Origin: a virus
DNA length: 24,417 nt
Virus genome (UHGV): UHGV-0187105
Reading direction: 5' to 3' (one strand)
The translations under genes were made by a program, and so were the position numbers. Of the stretch, positions 23,351-24,417 are shown piece by piece. Under the pieces are notes generated by a model that was not told the DNA's origin, ran no database searches, and was given only the letters and a program-made list of their open reading frames with translations. Each line of letters starts with the position of its first letter. Position 1 is the first letter of the stretch.

Positions 23351-23477
23351 TTTCATTACTGCAAATGCCCCTGCGGGGGAATTTATGGAAACGTAATTAA
23401 CTCAATAATCGCCGGATGGTGAGGACTTCCTTTTACCAGAATTCAGCGCGGTGCAGCGCATATACGTGGAGAACAAA

Positions 23478-24014
23478 ATGTCATTTATTAAAACTTTTTC
23501 CGGGAAGCATTTTTATTATGACAGGATAAATAAAGACGACATCGATATTAACGATATCGCGGTTTCCCTTTCAAATATCTGTCGCTTTGCCGGTCATCTT
23601 TCGCACTTCTACAGCGTCGCCCAACATGCGGTTCTTTGCAGCCAGCTGGTGCCGCAGGAATTTGCTTTTGAAGCATTAATGCATGATGCAACAGAAGCGT
23701 ATTGCCAGGACATTCCCGCACCACTGAAACGCCTTCTTCCTGACTATAAACAAATGGAAGAAAAAATAGACGCCGTAATCCGTGAGAAATACGGGTTACC
23801 CCCAGTTATGAGTACGCCCGTGAAATATGCCGATCTCATCATGCTGGCAACCGAACGCCGCGATCTCGGGCTTGATGATGGCTCTTTCTGGCCTGTACTG
23901 GAAGGTATCCCGGCAACAGAGATGTTCAACGTGATTCCACTGGCTCCGGGCCATGCCTACGGGATGTTTATGGAACGCTTTAACGAGTTATCGGAGTTAC
24001 GCAAATGCGCATGA
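23478..24014 (+). CDS. HD-domain phosphohydrolase (YfdR-like 5'-deoxynucleotidase)
   Basis: HD motif (EALMHDATEAY) with upstream His (RFAGHLSHFYSVAQH). Track start is GTG at 23451; ATG at 23478 with GGAGA 6 nt upstream gives the 178 aa product I recall for YfdR. Confidence 0.6.
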   Translation: MSFIKTFSGKHFYYDRINKDDIDINDIAVSLSNICRFAGHLSHFYSVAQHAVLCSQLVPQEFAFEALMHDATEAYCQDIPAPLKRLLPDYKQMEEKIDAVIREKYGLPPVMSTPVKYADLIMLATERRDLGLDDGSFWPVLEGIPATEMFNVIPLAPGHAYGMFMERFNELSELRKCA

Positions 24015-24367
24015 ATGTTTTCGAAATGGAAGGGTTTCTTCGTGGGAGATGTGTACCGCGAGATCTGAAAGTAAATGAAACAGATGCTGAATACCTAGTG
24101 CGTAAATTCGATGCGCTTGAAGCTAAATGTGCAGCACAGGAAAACAAAGTAATACCAGTGTCAACTGAACTGCCACCAGCAAATGAAAGTGTTTTGTTAT
24201 TCGATGCTAACGGAGAAGGCTGGCTAATTGGCTGGCGTTCTCTCTGGTACACCTGGGGACAAAAAGAAACCGGAGAATGGCAGTGGACATTTCAGGTCGG
24301 GGACCTTGAAAACGTCAATATCACTCACTGGGCAGTAATGCCAAAAGCACCGGAGGCTGGAGCATAA
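24005..24367 (+). CDS. YfdS-like protein (DUF551-like), Trp-rich C-terminal domain
   Basis: 120 aa; overlaps the HD-protein stop; C-terminus GWLIGWRSLWYTWGQKETGEWQWTF; size matches my recollection of CPS-53 YfdS. Confidence 0.5.
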   Translation: MRMNVFEMEGFLRGRCVPRDLKVNETDAEYLVRKFDALEAKCAAQENKVIPVSTELPPANESVLLFDANGEGWLIGWRSLWYTWGQKETGEWQWTFQVGDLENVNITHWAVMPKAPEAGA

Positions 24368-24417
24368 TGACCACTTTTACCGACAAAGAACTGATTAAAG
24401 AAATTAAAGAGCGTATC
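24368..24417 (+). CDS. 5' end of the next early-left gene (partial, runs off window)
   Basis: ATG at 24368 overlapping the previous stop (TAATG); translation MTTFTDKELIKEIKERI...; open to the window end. Confidence 0.4.

Noticed and set aside
1-24417. Integrase, att sites, tRNA genes, CRISPR arrays, IS elements
   Set aside because: Looked for but not seen. No tRNA-like cloverleaf, no repeat-spacer array, no transposase- or recombinase-like ORF; the prophage ends lie outside the window on both sides.

Overview
This window is the interior of a mosaic lambdoid temperate phage or prophage, probably from an enterobacterial host (inferred from an endolysin that closely matches my memory of phage lambda R). 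All calls rest on reading the sequence and on recalled protein families; no search or computation was run. ORF coordinates follow the supplied track and include the stop codon. Layout: the minus strand carries, from high to low coordinates, a Cro-like repressor, an O-like replication initiator with iteron repeats inside its own coding sequence, a nin-like region (PerC-like regulator, Dam-type methyltransferase, RusA, KilA-N, DUF968), a QuuQ-type antiterminator Q, the lysis cassette (holin, lambda-R-type endolysin, overlapped Rz/Rz1 spanins), an HNH endonuclease, a probable cos region, terminase small and large subunits, an HK97-type head module, and a Mu-like contractile tail module that ends in an interrupted tape-measure ORF at the window edge. 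The plus strand carries a CI-type repressor divergent from cro and an early-left operon whose genes I recall as resembling the E. coli CPS-53 yfdQ/R/S cluster. No tRNA, rRNA, CRISPR array, integrase or att site was seen. The strongest candidates for something new are accessory insertions: (1) a stand-alone ClpP-fold serine protease gene on the opposite strand between the lysis and packaging modules; (2) a 67-aa gene between a candidate promoter and a terminator in the Q-to-holin interval; (3) a roughly 440-bp hairpin-rich non-coding leader ahead of the early-left operon; (4) two antisense-overlapping small ORFs at the rex-equivalent position beside cI.
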